Shown: positions 1 through 10,125, numbered from the stretch's first letter. The stretch is DNA of 64,000 bases from Calditrichia bacterium (GCA_963796965.1 CAWCNS010000016.1:206769-270768), one strand, 5' to 3'. Made by a program: numbers and translations. The notes: generated by a model not told the origin, from the letters alone.

Positions 1-2
1 TA

Positions 3-986
3 AAAATTGTAGCCGATTCAAACGATGCCCTGTGGGATGAATTCGTAGCCAATTCACCACAGGGCACTTTTTTTCAAAAATCAATCTGGATTAAGCTGAT
101 TACAGAGGCATTTGGTCTAACCTCTAAACGCTTGTTCTGCCTGCGCAATAATCAAACAATTGGTGGGCTTCAATACTATGAAAGCAAAAAGTTGATTTGG
201 AGAGTGGCGACACCCACTCCCCTGGTCCCATTTACAGCTCCTCTTTTTTACGCACCTAATGATGAAAGATTACAAAAAAGAATATCAAATTACTTAAACA
301 TATCATCTGCTTTTTGTAAATATCTGGATGATAATCTCGATTTCTGGATTCTTGATGCGTCGCACACATTCACAGACTCCCGTGCCTTTATATGGCAGGG
401 TGCTTTAGTTGAACCTCGTCATACCTATGTTGTCAATCTTACGGAAGAAGAGGATTTAATTGATCAATTTAACCAAAGCACGCGTAAAAAATTGAAGTTA
501 GCGAAAAAGGAAAAAATTAAAATTCTTGAATCAGATGATCCTTCAATTCTCATCAAACTTGTTTCAAAAAGTTATTATCGTCATAATAGAAATCCTTTGC
601 TCCCTGAAATAATGCTGGAGAAAATAATAAAACCGATGATTAAATTACCCAATGTGAAGCTTTATTATCTTTCCATGCAGAATCGGGTTCGGTCAGCCAG
701 ATTAATTGTTGAAGACCGTCAAATCGTCTATGATCTATTGGCTGGGGGTGATGATGAAACAGGATTTGCCTCTGCCTATCTCATCAGCAACATCTTAACC
801 AGATATTGTCATAGCCATCGGCAATTTGATTTTATGGGTGCAGATCATCCTGATATTGAAAAATTTAAAAGAGGTTTTGGCGGTGAATTAAGGCAGGGAT
901 TCAGAATTTCAGGGAAAGTAGGTTTCCCACTTTCGATGCTTATTAAATTAAACGAATACCGTTTGAACAAAAATCGTGAATTATGA
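3..986 (+). CDS. GNAT/FemAB-like acyltransferase of a surface polysaccharide cluster (5' partial)
   Basis: Frame is open from position 3 (KIVADSNDALWDEFVANSPQGTFFQ), so it starts upstream of the window; C-terminal FDFMGA..IEKFKRGFGG is typical of this family. Confidence 0.75.
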   Translation, partial: KIVADSNDALWDEFVANSPQGTFFQKSIWIKLITEAFGLTSKRLFCLRNNQTIGGLQYYESKKLIWRVATPTPLVPFTAPLFYAPNDERLQKRISNYLNISSAFCKYLDDNLDFWILDASHTFTDSRAFIWQGALVEPRHTYVVNLTEEEDLIDQFNQSTRKKLKLAKKEKIKILESDDPSILIKLVSKSYYRHNRNPLLPEIMLEKIIKPMIKLPNVKLYYLSMQNRVRSARLIVEDRQIVYDLLAGGDDETGFASAYLISNILTRYCHSHRQFDFMGADHPDIEKFKRGFGGELRQGFRISGKVGFPLSMLIKLNEYRLNKNREL

Positions 987-2662
987 CTATAAATTTTTAT
1001 ATAGATAAAAAATATTTTTCCCGTCGGCTTGAATATATCATTAGAATCATTGCCAGGAGACTTGGTTTCCCCTATCAGTTCATTCTATCGCCAGATAAAA
1101 TTGGCGATGACCAATTAACTATTTCTTATCTACCTCTTCAGGAACTTAAATCCACATGGTCTCGATCGATCATTAATATTTTCAATTCACGTCAAATATC
1201 CGACCTGGATGCAGCTGAGAAATCAATCAATCTTTTTGAGTGGGGAAACTACAGTATACCCTTGGTTGGCAACCAGATAAAGAATGATCTGTTGAAGGGT
1301 TGGAAAGAATATTCCAGGGGCACTTTGTATAAGAAGGGTAGTTCAGGTCATTGGTTTATACCTTGTGATATCTTTTTAAATTCATTCTATCATCTCAGTC
1401 GTTATGAGGAGAAATGGCGTCATTTTACTGAAGAAACTATAACAGACCATTCGTCATCTATTTTATCACGCTATGAAAATTTACATGTTCCTGTTGTGGA
1501 TTTACTCATTGCCTACTTTGATGAGATTATACATCAAAGAGTAAAAGCGGATAAAAAAGTAGCGATTCGTGTTTTGCCCTGGCCTGGCGGGGAAGATTTT
1601 GGCGTTGCTCTTACCCATGATGTTGATTTGACACGTGGGGTCCATTTGTATGAACGTGCGTTAATGAAAAGTCAGGGATTAGTCCATCGTCTAATGGGCA
1701 ATAAAGTCACTTCTAGTGAGATAAATAATTCTATTCAGGAGAGAGATGATCAGGCCTGGGGTTTTCCGGAACTCCTTTCAACCTACTCTTCTCTGAAGTA
1801 CAAAGCCACCTTTTTCTTTCTTGCAAAAATGTTGGAGGGACGGCATTTTCGTTATAATATCACATCGAAAAAGTTCAAAAAATTATTTAAAGATTTAAGA
1901 ACTACCGGGCATGAAATAGCCTTACATCCCAGTAAATTTGCCTTCGATAAGCCAAATTATTATCGAGAGGAAAAAGAAAATCTGGAATCGGCAGTAGGGA
2001 GCAGCATAGCAGGAATGCGACAACACTATCTGCGGGCAAAATTTCCCCGGCTCTGGATTTTGGCCGAAAAGGCTGGCCTGACTTACGACTCATCACTCGG
2101 ATATAACTATAAGGCTGGCTTCCGTGCTGGCACGACACATCCGTTCCAAACATTTGATGTACTAAACGATACACCTCTCTCCCTTACCGAATTTTCATTG
2201 AACTTATTTGAATATAATTTGCCAGAGAAAGGTGAAAATATTGAGGCTTCAAAAATAATGATTGATATATTAGTTGATGCCAACTCAGCGTATGGGGGAT
2301 TGTTGGTTGCACTTTTACACCCAAGTAATTTAAAAAAGCAACCTTTTGAAGAACTATGGAATTATCTGCTGGATGGACTGAAGAAGAAAAAAGTTTTTGT
2401 TGCCACTCTTTCCGAACATCTGAGCTGGCGAAGAAGGCGAGATCGCATAAAACTTAAATTTAATAACAATAAAGACCATAATAAGATAGTTCAAATCTCA
2501 TTGCCGGATGGCATTAATCACTTGGCCGTTGAAGTTATCGGTGCCCAATTAGGAGAAACGTCGAAAAATGTAATTGTGAATAAACAAGGGCGAAATTGTT
2601 ATATAATCAAAAGCCGCAATAAAAACATAACCATTCCTTTTGAGCCAAATGGATCACAGTAG
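983..2662 (+). CDS. Polysaccharide deacetylase family protein
   Basis: LTHDVD, GHEIALHPS, RQHYLR and YDSSLG motifs; ATGA overlap with upstream gene. Confidence 0.8.
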   Translation: MTINFYIDKKYFSRRLEYIIRIIARRLGFPYQFILSPDKIGDDQLTISYLPLQELKSTWSRSIINIFNSRQISDLDAAEKSINLFEWGNYSIPLVGNQIKNDLLKGWKEYSRGTLYKKGSSGHWFIPCDIFLNSFYHLSRYEEKWRHFTEETITDHSSSILSRYENLHVPVVDLLIAYFDEIIHQRVKADKKVAIRVLPWPGGEDFGVALTHDVDLTRGVHLYERALMKSQGLVHRLMGNKVTSSEINNSIQERDDQAWGFPELLSTYSSLKYKATFFFLAKMLEGRHFRYNITSKKFKKLFKDLRTTGHEIALHPSKFAFDKPNYYREEKENLESAVGSSIAGMRQHYLRAKFPRLWILAEKAGLTYDSSLGYNYKAGFRAGTTHPFQTFDVLNDTPLSLTEFSLNLFEYNLPEKGENIEASKIMIDILVDANSAYGGLLVALLHPSNLKKQPFEELWNYLLDGLKKKKVFVATLSEHLSWRRRRDRIKLKFNNNKDHNKIVQISLPDGINHLAVEVIGAQLGETSKNVIVNKQGRNCYIIKSRNKNITIPFEPNGSQ

Positions 2663-3776
2663 AATGCGCATCTGCCACATCACTATAAATCCCATAGAAT
2701 ATGAAAGACGGATAATTAACCAAGCTGAAAGTGCTATCGAGGCAGGATACAAGGTAAATATTGTGTCACTGGAATTGCCTGATAAAAAGGCTGAAACGAT
2801 ACAAATAAGATCAGAAATTACTGCTCTCAAGACACCATTTTATAAAGGAGGTGTTTTTAAATTTTTGCATTTTAATTGGAAAGTTTTTTTATATCTCATT
2901 AATAAACCTCTAGAAGTTATTCATTGTCATGACCTATGGATACTGCCGTCCGCAGTCACTTTATCATTATTTAAAAAATGCCGTCTAATTTATGATGCCC
3001 ATGAATTCTATGGTGGGCTAGAGATATTTATTCGCCATAAATTACGAAAAAAGATTTGGATGGCCATTGAATATCTGGCTATTCCCTGGGTTGATGTATT
3101 AATTACCGTTTCTGCGCCCCTGGCCGCCCTCTATCTTAAAAAGTATCCCCGACTGAGGCAAGTGGTCGTTATTAGAAATTTACCCAAAATAGAGCCTCTA
3201 CCAGACAGAGATGCGCCGCTAATTAAAACAGATGAACCGGTAATATTATTTCAAGGACATTTTAGACCAGGTCGAGGATTAGTTAATCTCTTTGAGGCAT
3301 TTTCTCAGACCCAAGGTATGCATTTGGTAATGATTGGGGGCGGAGAACTTGAGGATGAATTAAAAGGGATGGTGGTAAAAAAGAATATGGAAAAGAGAGT
3401 TACCTTTTTGGGATATGTACCAACAGATGACCTGATCCAAACCACTGCCCAGGCTGATTTGGGAGTGGTTTTGTTTGAGCCTACGAGCATTAATTATTCA
3501 TACGCTCTACCCAATAAGTTTTTTGAATATATCATGGCTGGAATCCCTGTACTCGCAAGCAATATCGAAACATTTAAGGAATATATAGATTTCTATCAGG
3601 TAGGTTTGACAGTTGATCCCAAAGATGTTGCAGGTATTCGAGAAAGAGTAATGGAAATGGTTTTTGACAAAGATAAAATGGTCAAATGGGGTGTCAATGC
3701 ACGGGAAGCATCTAAAGAACTTAATTGGGAGTTAGAAGCAAAAAAAATGAATCAGATCTATGAAAATTTTAGATAA
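2649..3776 (+). CDS. Glycosyltransferase family 4
   Basis: IHCHDL, YDAHE and LPNKFFEYIMAGIPV motifs; ATG at 2649 preferred over TTG at 2640. Confidence 0.85.
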   Translation: MDHSRMRICHITINPIEYERRIINQAESAIEAGYKVNIVSLELPDKKAETIQIRSEITALKTPFYKGGVFKFLHFNWKVFLYLINKPLEVIHCHDLWILPSAVTLSLFKKCRLIYDAHEFYGGLEIFIRHKLRKKIWMAIEYLAIPWVDVLITVSAPLAALYLKKYPRLRQVVVIRNLPKIEPLPDRDAPLIKTDEPVILFQGHFRPGRGLVNLFEAFSQTQGMHLVMIGGGELEDELKGMVVKKNMEKRVTFLGYVPTDDLIQTTAQADLGVVLFEPTSINYSYALPNKFFEYIMAGIPVLASNIETFKEYIDFYQVGLTVDPKDVAGIRERVMEMVFDKDKMVKWGVNAREASKELNWELEAKKMNQIYENFR

Positions 3777-3819
3777 TATTTCTCTTCGGTTTACATCACA
3801 ACGGTAGAAAGATCTGAAT

Positions 3820-5058
3820 ATGGAATCCAGAAGAGAATCGATTGATAATACGTTGTTTTTTTACGCGGCTATGGTTTTAAATATTTTTTTAGGTTGGATC
3901 ATAGCCAGACTTAATACCGATTATCTTGAAGTACCTGTCTACGGTCAATTGGCATTTTTTACAACGATTATACTTTTTGGTCGTACATTATTTGATTTTG
4001 GGTTCTTTGAAGCCTCATCTCGACTCATGGCTATTGAAAAAGACAAGGCTGTGAGAAGTCGGCTCTTGGGTGCAAGCTTTTTATGGGCCATCTTCTTTGC
4101 TCTTCTCTCTGTCGTAATTCTCTATCTTCTCGGTGAATTTATCGATAGCATTTTTGAAGTTAAAGTAGGCTTCCTTTGTCAAAAATTTGCCTATGGTTTG
4201 GGTCTTTACGTCCTTTTGGCGTATGTTTCTCGTATCATGCGGGGTTTAGGTCATATTAAAATTCTCGCTTTACTATCAATTGCCCCCAGAATTATATATA
4301 GTCTGCTTCTAATTTTAATTATATTCGTTGCTGAATTCACATTAACTTCTACTTTAGAGATGATGTTTTGGGGGATTCTTCTTACTCTTCTTGCCGCATG
4401 GATATATCTTAAACCATCGTTGAAATACCTTGCTGAACAATCAAAGCGCATTAAAACTGAAGTGAAAGCCTATGGGCGTCATATCTATGTAAGTATAATT
4501 TGGGGAGAGCTGCTAATACATGCAGATAAGTTTCTCGTCTCATATTTCCTTGATAGTCAGTCACTGGCTTTTTATGCTTTAGCCTTCACCTTAGCAATAC
4601 CTCTATCTCTCTTTTCAACCTCATTAGCCACGAGTTTATTTAATAAGTTTGCTTCTGTGGAATTCATCAGTCCTAAAATCATTCGCGCAAATTTCATCTT
4701 CGTAATCAGCTCTGTTATAATATTTCTTTTAATTCGCAAGCATCTTATTTATTATTTGTTTTCTGAGCAATACGAACCGGCGATCGAACTCCTTTTACCC
4801 CTTGGAATTGCGTTCGGACTCTCAGGGTTGAGCAGACCCTTTACGATGTTTTTAATGGCGAATAGGCATGGAAAGATCGTCAGAAATATTTCTGTCCTTA
4901 TTCCAACAATTAAGATCGGACTAAGTATACTGATCATACCAATTTATGGTGTTTATGGTGTCGCCTGGGTAACGACGATTGTTTATGGTCTTGATTTAAT
5001 TTTATTTGTTTTTTCCTACCTTCGTATCACTAAGATTCCTTTCTCACAACTACTTTAA
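3820..5058 (+). CDS. Oligosaccharide flippase (Wzx/MOP family)
   Basis: Many hydrophobic segments, ADKFLVSYFL and YGVYGVAW motifs, polysaccharide cluster context. Confidence 0.75.
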   Translation: MESRRESIDNTLFFYAAMVLNIFLGWIIARLNTDYLEVPVYGQLAFFTTIILFGRTLFDFGFFEASSRLMAIEKDKAVRSRLLGASFLWAIFFALLSVVILYLLGEFIDSIFEVKVGFLCQKFAYGLGLYVLLAYVSRIMRGLGHIKILALLSIAPRIIYSLLLILIIFVAEFTLTSTLEMMFWGILLTLLAAWIYLKPSLKYLAEQSKRIKTEVKAYGRHIYVSIIWGELLIHADKFLVSYFLDSQSLAFYALAFTLAIPLSLFSTSLATSLFNKFASVEFISPKIIRANFIFVISSVIIFLLIRKHLIYYLFSEQYEPAIELLLPLGIAFGLSGLSRPFTMFLMANRHGKIVRNISVLIPTIKIGLSILIIPIYGVYGVAWVTTIVYGLDLILFVFSYLRITKIPFSQLL

Positions 5059-5745
5059 TCCTTCTGGTGGGGGGTGTGCAATGGTAAATACATCCACACG
5101 TTCAACCCCTGCGTTTTTCAAGCAGGTCACACAGGCTTCTACGGTGCTTCCCGTAGTAATTACATCATCGACTAATAAGACTACATTCTCAGAGATTCTG
5201 TTGGGACAATAAAAAGCATTTCTAACATTAAGATCTCTTTCTTTTTTTGACATTGTTGTTTGAGAAATCGTATTGCGTTTCCGCAGCAGTAGTTCGCTTT
5301 TAACTGGTATCTGGAATTTTGCCTTAAGGGCAAAGGAAATTTGTTCACTTTGATTGTATCCCCGCTCGCGTTCTCTTGTTTTATACAATGGAACAGGAAT
5401 GATTGCATCGTATTTATTGTTTTTCAAGTGGGGAAATCGAAGAAGGGACTCTTCTGCAAAGTAATGGGTTAAGGATAAGTAGCGATTATATTTTAACAGG
5501 TGAATTAGCATCTGGACAATCTCTTCATATTTAAACAAGATATAGATAGTGTCGAAAGACCTTTCTATCAGAGATTGATCTAAGTCCCCCTCAAAGGGAG
5601 GTATTCTCTCCCAGCATGTTTGGCATATGATCTGTCGGTCTTCGGTTAATAATTGATCACAATGATGGCAGAGTGGTGGGTATAGTACATCTGTCAGAGG
5701 CGTGAATATATATTCTTTTAACAAATAAATGATTGATGAGGTCAT
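5050..5745 (-). CDS. comF: ComF family protein (Zn finger plus phosphoribosyltransferase)
   Basis: CxxC...CxxC N-terminus, RGYNQS, LLVDDVITTGST. Confidence 0.9.
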   Translation of the reverse strand: MTSSIIYLLKEYIFTPLTDVLYPPLCHHCDQLLTEDRQIICQTCWERIPPFEGDLDQSLIERSFDTIYILFKYEEIVQMLIHLLKYNRYLSLTHYFAEESLLRFPHLKNNKYDAIIPVPLYKTRERERGYNQSEQISFALKAKFQIPVKSELLLRKRNTISQTTMSKKERDLNVRNAFYCPNRISENVVLLVDDVITTGSTVEACVTCLKNAGVERVDVFTIAHPPPEGLK

Positions 5746-5791
5746 TTAAATCTCGTTTATCATCAATCGCGCAATTATTGGACCAATTTGG

Positions 5792-5819
5792 GTAGGGACG
5801 ACCCACAGGGTTCGCCCCT
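5792..5819. repeat. GTAG-type REP-like palindrome
   Basis: GTAGGGACGACCC-ACA-GGGTTCGCCCCT imperfect hairpin in intergenic DNA. Confidence 0.55.
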
Positions 5820-5828
5820 GATAATATA

Positions 5829-7106
5829 TCACATGTTAAATATCAATGATACCCTTGGTTCAAATCTTTCCTGTGTCTCATATACATTTGGAGCGATTTG
5901 GATAAAATTCCATCGATATCGGAGCGAAACATAAAATATACTATAGGCCCTATAGCCCACTTCGGCAACAGCCTGGGAAAAAATATCCAGGGTAAATGCA
6001 TCTTTAAATGTCTGAATATTTGTTTTATCATAATAAGCCAAAAGCAAAATATTTGGTAGAGCATCAATTAAGCGTGCCTCAAGATGCATAATACCGCTGT
6101 TAGACATATCATCCTGTTGTTGATAGTTTCCCATGAGCCTGATTATATTGGCGATATTACCGGCCAATTCGCCAAAATATCCACTGGATCTAGTCATTTG
6201 AGCCAACCGGCTTTGCTTATCATAACCATCGGGTAACCCTCTTTCCAGTTCATATAAGGTGTTGAAATAGTTTGGAATAAACTGATCGCCAAGCCAACGT
6301 CTCTCAAATCTTACATCAAGACTTAACAGGCCAAGAGCATCAGGAAAACCAAAATTGATACCTGCCACCCTGCCTTCACCGTAATCAATAAATTTTGCAT
6401 AATCGAAATACAGGGTTGTTTTAAAAAAATCACCTTTAATTACCGGAAGGGCAACATCAAGACCCCATTCAGTTATATCATCATCTGTTTCAATATTATT
6501 ATCAGGATTTCTATCGCTGACTACAGTTCCACCGAATTCAAGATTACTTAGAACCGGAATCTCAGCGGTATGTAAGGGTCTGTAATAAAGACGTCCACCA
6601 ATAATTTCAATTTTAGCCAGGTTACTTGTTACCGATTCCATCCCAAATGCACCCAGATCTAAGTCAAAAGCTAAACCGAATTTCCGGTTATCATATTCTG
6701 CCTCATTGCTGTAATACCACATTTGGAATCCATGACCGAGCCTGGCTGCCATAAGAGAACCGAGGCGTATATATACCGGATCGTCTTTATGGGCATAGCG
6801 AATATATCGTATGGCACGGGCGATGGCAGAAGCATCCTCCCAACCAACTGTCCTAAATTTGAAATTCTCTTCGTTATTGAAGAGTAAATCAATCCGGAGG
6901 CCTAATCCAAACTTGCCGAAAGTGAATTCAGGGCTTATTGAGACGGTAGTATAGCTAATACCATTTATCCAAGTTACACCCAAACCACCATTAAAAAAAT
7001 TCGGGTTTTGATTTAATGGATAGGGCAAAGGCTTGTCTGACTCATCTTGGGCTAGGAGAGGAGAAATGATTAATAAAGATAAGAGAACAACTATAAGTAT
7101 CCGCAT
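5829..7106 (-). CDS. Exported protein, probable outer-membrane beta-barrel of unknown function
   Basis: Signal peptide (..SPLLAQ), amphipathic strands, C-terminal RVSLIFNM; GAGGTGG RBS before ATG at 7106. Confidence 0.65.
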   Translation of the reverse strand: MRILIVVLLSLLIISPLLAQDESDKPLPYPLNQNPNFFNGGLGVTWINGISYTTVSISPEFTFGKFGLGLRIDLLFNNEENFKFRTVGWEDASAIARAIRYIRYAHKDDPVYIRLGSLMAARLGHGFQMWYYSNEAEYDNRKFGLAFDLDLGAFGMESVTSNLAKIEIIGGRLYYRPLHTAEIPVLSNLEFGGTVVSDRNPDNNIETDDDITEWGLDVALPVIKGDFFKTTLYFDYAKFIDYGEGRVAGINFGFPDALGLLSLDVRFERRWLGDQFIPNYFNTLYELERGLPDGYDKQSRLAQMTRSSGYFGELAGNIANIIRLMGNYQQQDDMSNSGIMHLEARLIDALPNILLLAYYDKTNIQTFKDAFTLDIFSQAVAEVGYRAYSIFYVSLRYRWNFIQIAPNVYETQERFEPRVSLIFNM

Positions 7107-7169
7107 GGTCCACCTCACTATGCTGATGCGATAATTTCGATTATTTTTGCTTGATCAATTTCAATATGA

Positions 7170-7196
7170 TACTCGGCATAATCGATATAAACTTGA
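7170..7196 (-). promoter_or_regulatory. Sigma-28 promoter
   Basis: Minus strand TCAAGTTT-N11-GCCGAGTA versus consensus TAAAGTTT-N11-GCCGATAA. Confidence 0.7.
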
Positions 7197-7427
7197 TCAT
7201 TCCAATTGAAATCGGTGATATTTGCTTGATTTGATTCTATCTCAAATGCGATCAAATATGCAGAAGTGTCGAATATTCGTCAGTTTTAATGTCGAAAAAT
7301 CAGTCACATTTTTGCTAAAGTGGGTAAGGATTAGACACAAAAAAGTAAAAATAGAATTATATTTATGCCTACAAGACATTGTTAAATATAGGTTTAGGGC
7401 GCTATAAATGAAAAGGCATGGATTTTT

Positions 7428-7443
7428 TGGCACAATAAATGCG
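7428..7443 (+). promoter_or_regulatory. Sigma-54 (-24/-12) promoter upstream of fliA
   Basis: TGGCAC-AATAA-ATGCG with exact GG-N10-GC spacing, ~50 nt before the start codon. Confidence 0.65.
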
Positions 7444-7494
7444 AATATTCAAACTCGCCTATCAATTAAAACCCTTATGAGGAGGATATAGACC

Positions 7495-8253
7495 ATGTAT
7501 AACACGAACGCAGATCAAGTTTGGCAAACATACAAAGCAACGGGAAATCCAAAACTTCGCCAGGAACTTACCCTACGTTATCTCGGATTGGTCAAGTATG
7601 TTGTCAGGAAAATGATCAAGAACTATCCTCCAGCCATTGAAGAGCAAGATCTTTATCACATTGGTACCCTTGGACTGGTAGAAGCGTTGGACCGATTTAA
7701 TCTGGAATATGGCATAAAATTCGAGACCTACGCAATTCCACGTATTAAGGGTTCTATAATTGATGAATTAAGGAAACTCGATTGGATACCTCGCTCATTA
7801 CGTAATAAAACTAATATGTATAAAGAAAAAACTGTCGAATTAGAACAGAAATTCAGCGGTGCTTATACGGATGCAGAAGTCTCAAACGGACTTGGTATTA
7901 ACGAAGGTGATTTAAACACATGGAAAAGAGATATGAACAGCCTGAACATGCTATCACTTGACAGACCAATCGATGATGCCAATAGTCAAAATCTATATGA
8001 TATGATAGAAGTCGATGAAGAAACATATGCCGATAACACTATAGAAGAGGAAGAAATGAGGAAAGTATTATTAGAATCTGTAAAACAATTGCCAGAAAAA
8101 ACACGGCTGGCCATTACGTTATACTATTACGAAAAACTCACCTTCAAAGAAATCGGTAAAATTCTGAATGTATCGGAATCCCGTATTTCCCAAATTCATT
8201 CTGAGACAATGACGAAACTGAAAAAGTCAATAACAAAAATGATCTATGCTTAA
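7495..8253 (+). CDS. fliA: FliA/WhiG family RNA polymerase sigma-28 factor
   Basis: KFETYAIPRIKGSIIDELRKLDWIPRS and LTFKEIGKILNVSESRISQIH; GAGGAGG RBS. Confidence 0.93.
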   Translation: MYNTNADQVWQTYKATGNPKLRQELTLRYLGLVKYVVRKMIKNYPPAIEEQDLYHIGTLGLVEALDRFNLEYGIKFETYAIPRIKGSIIDELRKLDWIPRSLRNKTNMYKEKTVELEQKFSGAYTDAEVSNGLGINEGDLNTWKRDMNSLNMLSLDRPIDDANSQNLYDMIEVDEETYADNTIEEEEMRKVLLESVKQLPEKTRLAITLYYYEKLTFKEIGKILNVSESRISQIHSETMTKLKKSITKMIYA

Positions 8254-8260
8254 TATAAAT

Positions 8261-8315
8261 TATAACCGTTAAAATCCAATTTTCATATATTGAGTATTGG
8301 ATTTTAACGGTTATA
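8261..8315. terminator. Perfect 20-bp inverted repeat after fliA (terminator/stability hairpin)
   Basis: TATAACCGTTAAAATCCAAT-N15-ATTGGATTTTAACGGTTATA. Confidence 0.6.
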
Positions 8316-8579
8316 CTCAGATTTATTCCTTCCTATCAAGCCTCGGCTTAAAATTATTTGCACTTAAATACTTAAATATCTTATATTAATACCACTTAAA
8401 TTACTTTTTTCATACCACGAAGACACCAAAACACAAGACTTTATTGTTTTCAAAATACAACTTATTAAAATCAATATTTCAAACTGATAGCAATAATAAA
8501 TTATTAAGTCGGTGGTTTTAGGGTGCGATTTAATGTATTGGTGAGAAACCTTTCAATCAAATGAAGAATAATTAATATT

Positions 8580-9728
8580 ATGGCAGCCGAAAAAAATCAA
8601 AAAATTTTAATTGTTGAGGATAACCAGGAAAATATAGATCTTCTGGTTTATTTTTTGCGGCCTCAGGGCTACGAACTGGTTACCGCCAAAGACGGTTTAA
8701 GTGCTTTGGAAAGAGTTGACGAGGGGCATCCGGATATTATTTTACTGGATATTATGCTTCCCAAGATGGATGGTTACGAGGTCTGCGAAAGATTAAAAAA
8801 CAGACCAGATACAAAATTTATCCCAATTATCATGTTGACTGCCTTGAAGGAATTGCAGGATAAGGTGAAAGCCTTAGAGGTAGGCGCTGATGATTTTCTT
8901 TCCAAACCCTTCGAAAATGTAGAATTACTTGCCCGGGTAAAATCTTTACTCCGTCTCAAACAATATCATGACGAGTTGCAATATAAAAATAAAGAATTAG
9001 CAGGAAAAAATGCTTCACTTTTGCGTATGGATAAGTTCAAAGAGGATCTTATCAACCTGATCGTCCATGACATGAAGAATCCTTTATTCGTTATCCAGGG
9101 TAATCTCCAAATGATGTCAATGTCCATGCAAAACCTCTCTGCTGAATTTCTAAAAAAGTATACCCAGCGTATTGAGCGAAGTAGCCAACAATTGCTAAGA
9201 ATGGTTGTAAATCTCCTGGATATATCCAGGATTGAAGAAGGAACTATTAAACTTAAAGAAGACAATGCCAGTCTCAATGATATTATAAAAGAAATCGCTT
9301 TACGTATCAGTGATTATCCTGAAAATGAACAAAAACAAATTGTAATCGATCTTGATTCTGATTTGCCGGAAATTAAAGCAGATAAGTCAATTATTGAGAG
9401 AGTTTTGGAGAATATTATTAATTTTTCTGTTACAAATGTTGATGATGAAGGGAAAATCCTTATCTCCACTTCCACGCGCGGATCTGAACATGTACAATTT
9501 ATAGCCCACGATAGCGGTACACAAATTCCTAAAAACTATCACGATAAAATTTTTGAAAAATTTTCCCAGGCAGAAATTAAAGATAGTGGATCCCGTGTTG
9601 ACCGGGCCCTTGGGTTAACATTCTGTAAACTTGCAGTAGAGGCTCATAAGGGAAACATGTGGTTGGATCTCGAGAATAAGATCGGTAATAAATTCATAAT
9701 TGAACTTCCTTTATCCATAAATAGCTAA
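8580..9728 (+). CDS. REC-HisKA-HATPase hybrid protein with degenerate ATP-binding boxes
   Basis: REC (IVEDN, LLDIMLP, SKPF) and H-box IVHDMKNPL intact; N, G1 and G2 boxes altered. Confidence 0.85.
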   Translation: MAAEKNQKILIVEDNQENIDLLVYFLRPQGYELVTAKDGLSALERVDEGHPDIILLDIMLPKMDGYEVCERLKNRPDTKFIPIIMLTALKELQDKVKALEVGADDFLSKPFENVELLARVKSLLRLKQYHDELQYKNKELAGKNASLLRMDKFKEDLINLIVHDMKNPLFVIQGNLQMMSMSMQNLSAEFLKKYTQRIERSSQQLLRMVVNLLDISRIEEGTIKLKEDNASLNDIIKEIALRISDYPENEQKQIVIDLDSDLPEIKADKSIIERVLENIINFSVTNVDDEGKILISTSTRGSEHVQFIAHDSGTQIPKNYHDKIFEKFSQAEIKDSGSRVDRALGLTFCKLAVEAHKGNMWLDLENKIGNKFIIELPLSINS

Positions 9729-9762
9729 ATCAATATATTACGCACTCCTTGAAATCTTCCAG

Positions 9763-9779
9763 ACGCGATAAAATCGCGT
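9763..9779. repeat. Degenerate REP-like palindrome
   Basis: ACGCGAT-AAA-ATCGCGT. Confidence 0.35.
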
Positions 9780-10098
9780 GCTTATAATTATTTAATCTTC
9801 ACTAATACGCCTGATGTCGTTATCATTTCAGATTAGAATAATTTTCCTCAGCTACTCTTCATAATCATGATTTGTATTTGATAAGATCAAAAATGCTCGG
9901 TCAGTATTATAGTGAGACACAAATTTGAGTATTTGTACTATGGGGTGAATTAGAACTTCGATCGATCTGGTATTTCACAGATTTTTCGCACTATCTAAGT
10001 CGCTACTATTTGAAAGAATTATTGTTTTTGAAATTTTATACCTGGGAAAGAAAAGGAACAAATTTAATAATATTCGGTAAAAACATTTAATAGAATGT

Positions 10099-10125
10099 TA
10101 AAGTTTAATAAGCCAGCACCGATTA
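10099..10125 (+). promoter_or_regulatory. Sigma-28 promoter
   Basis: TAAAGTTT-N11-ACCGATTA. Confidence 0.75.
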
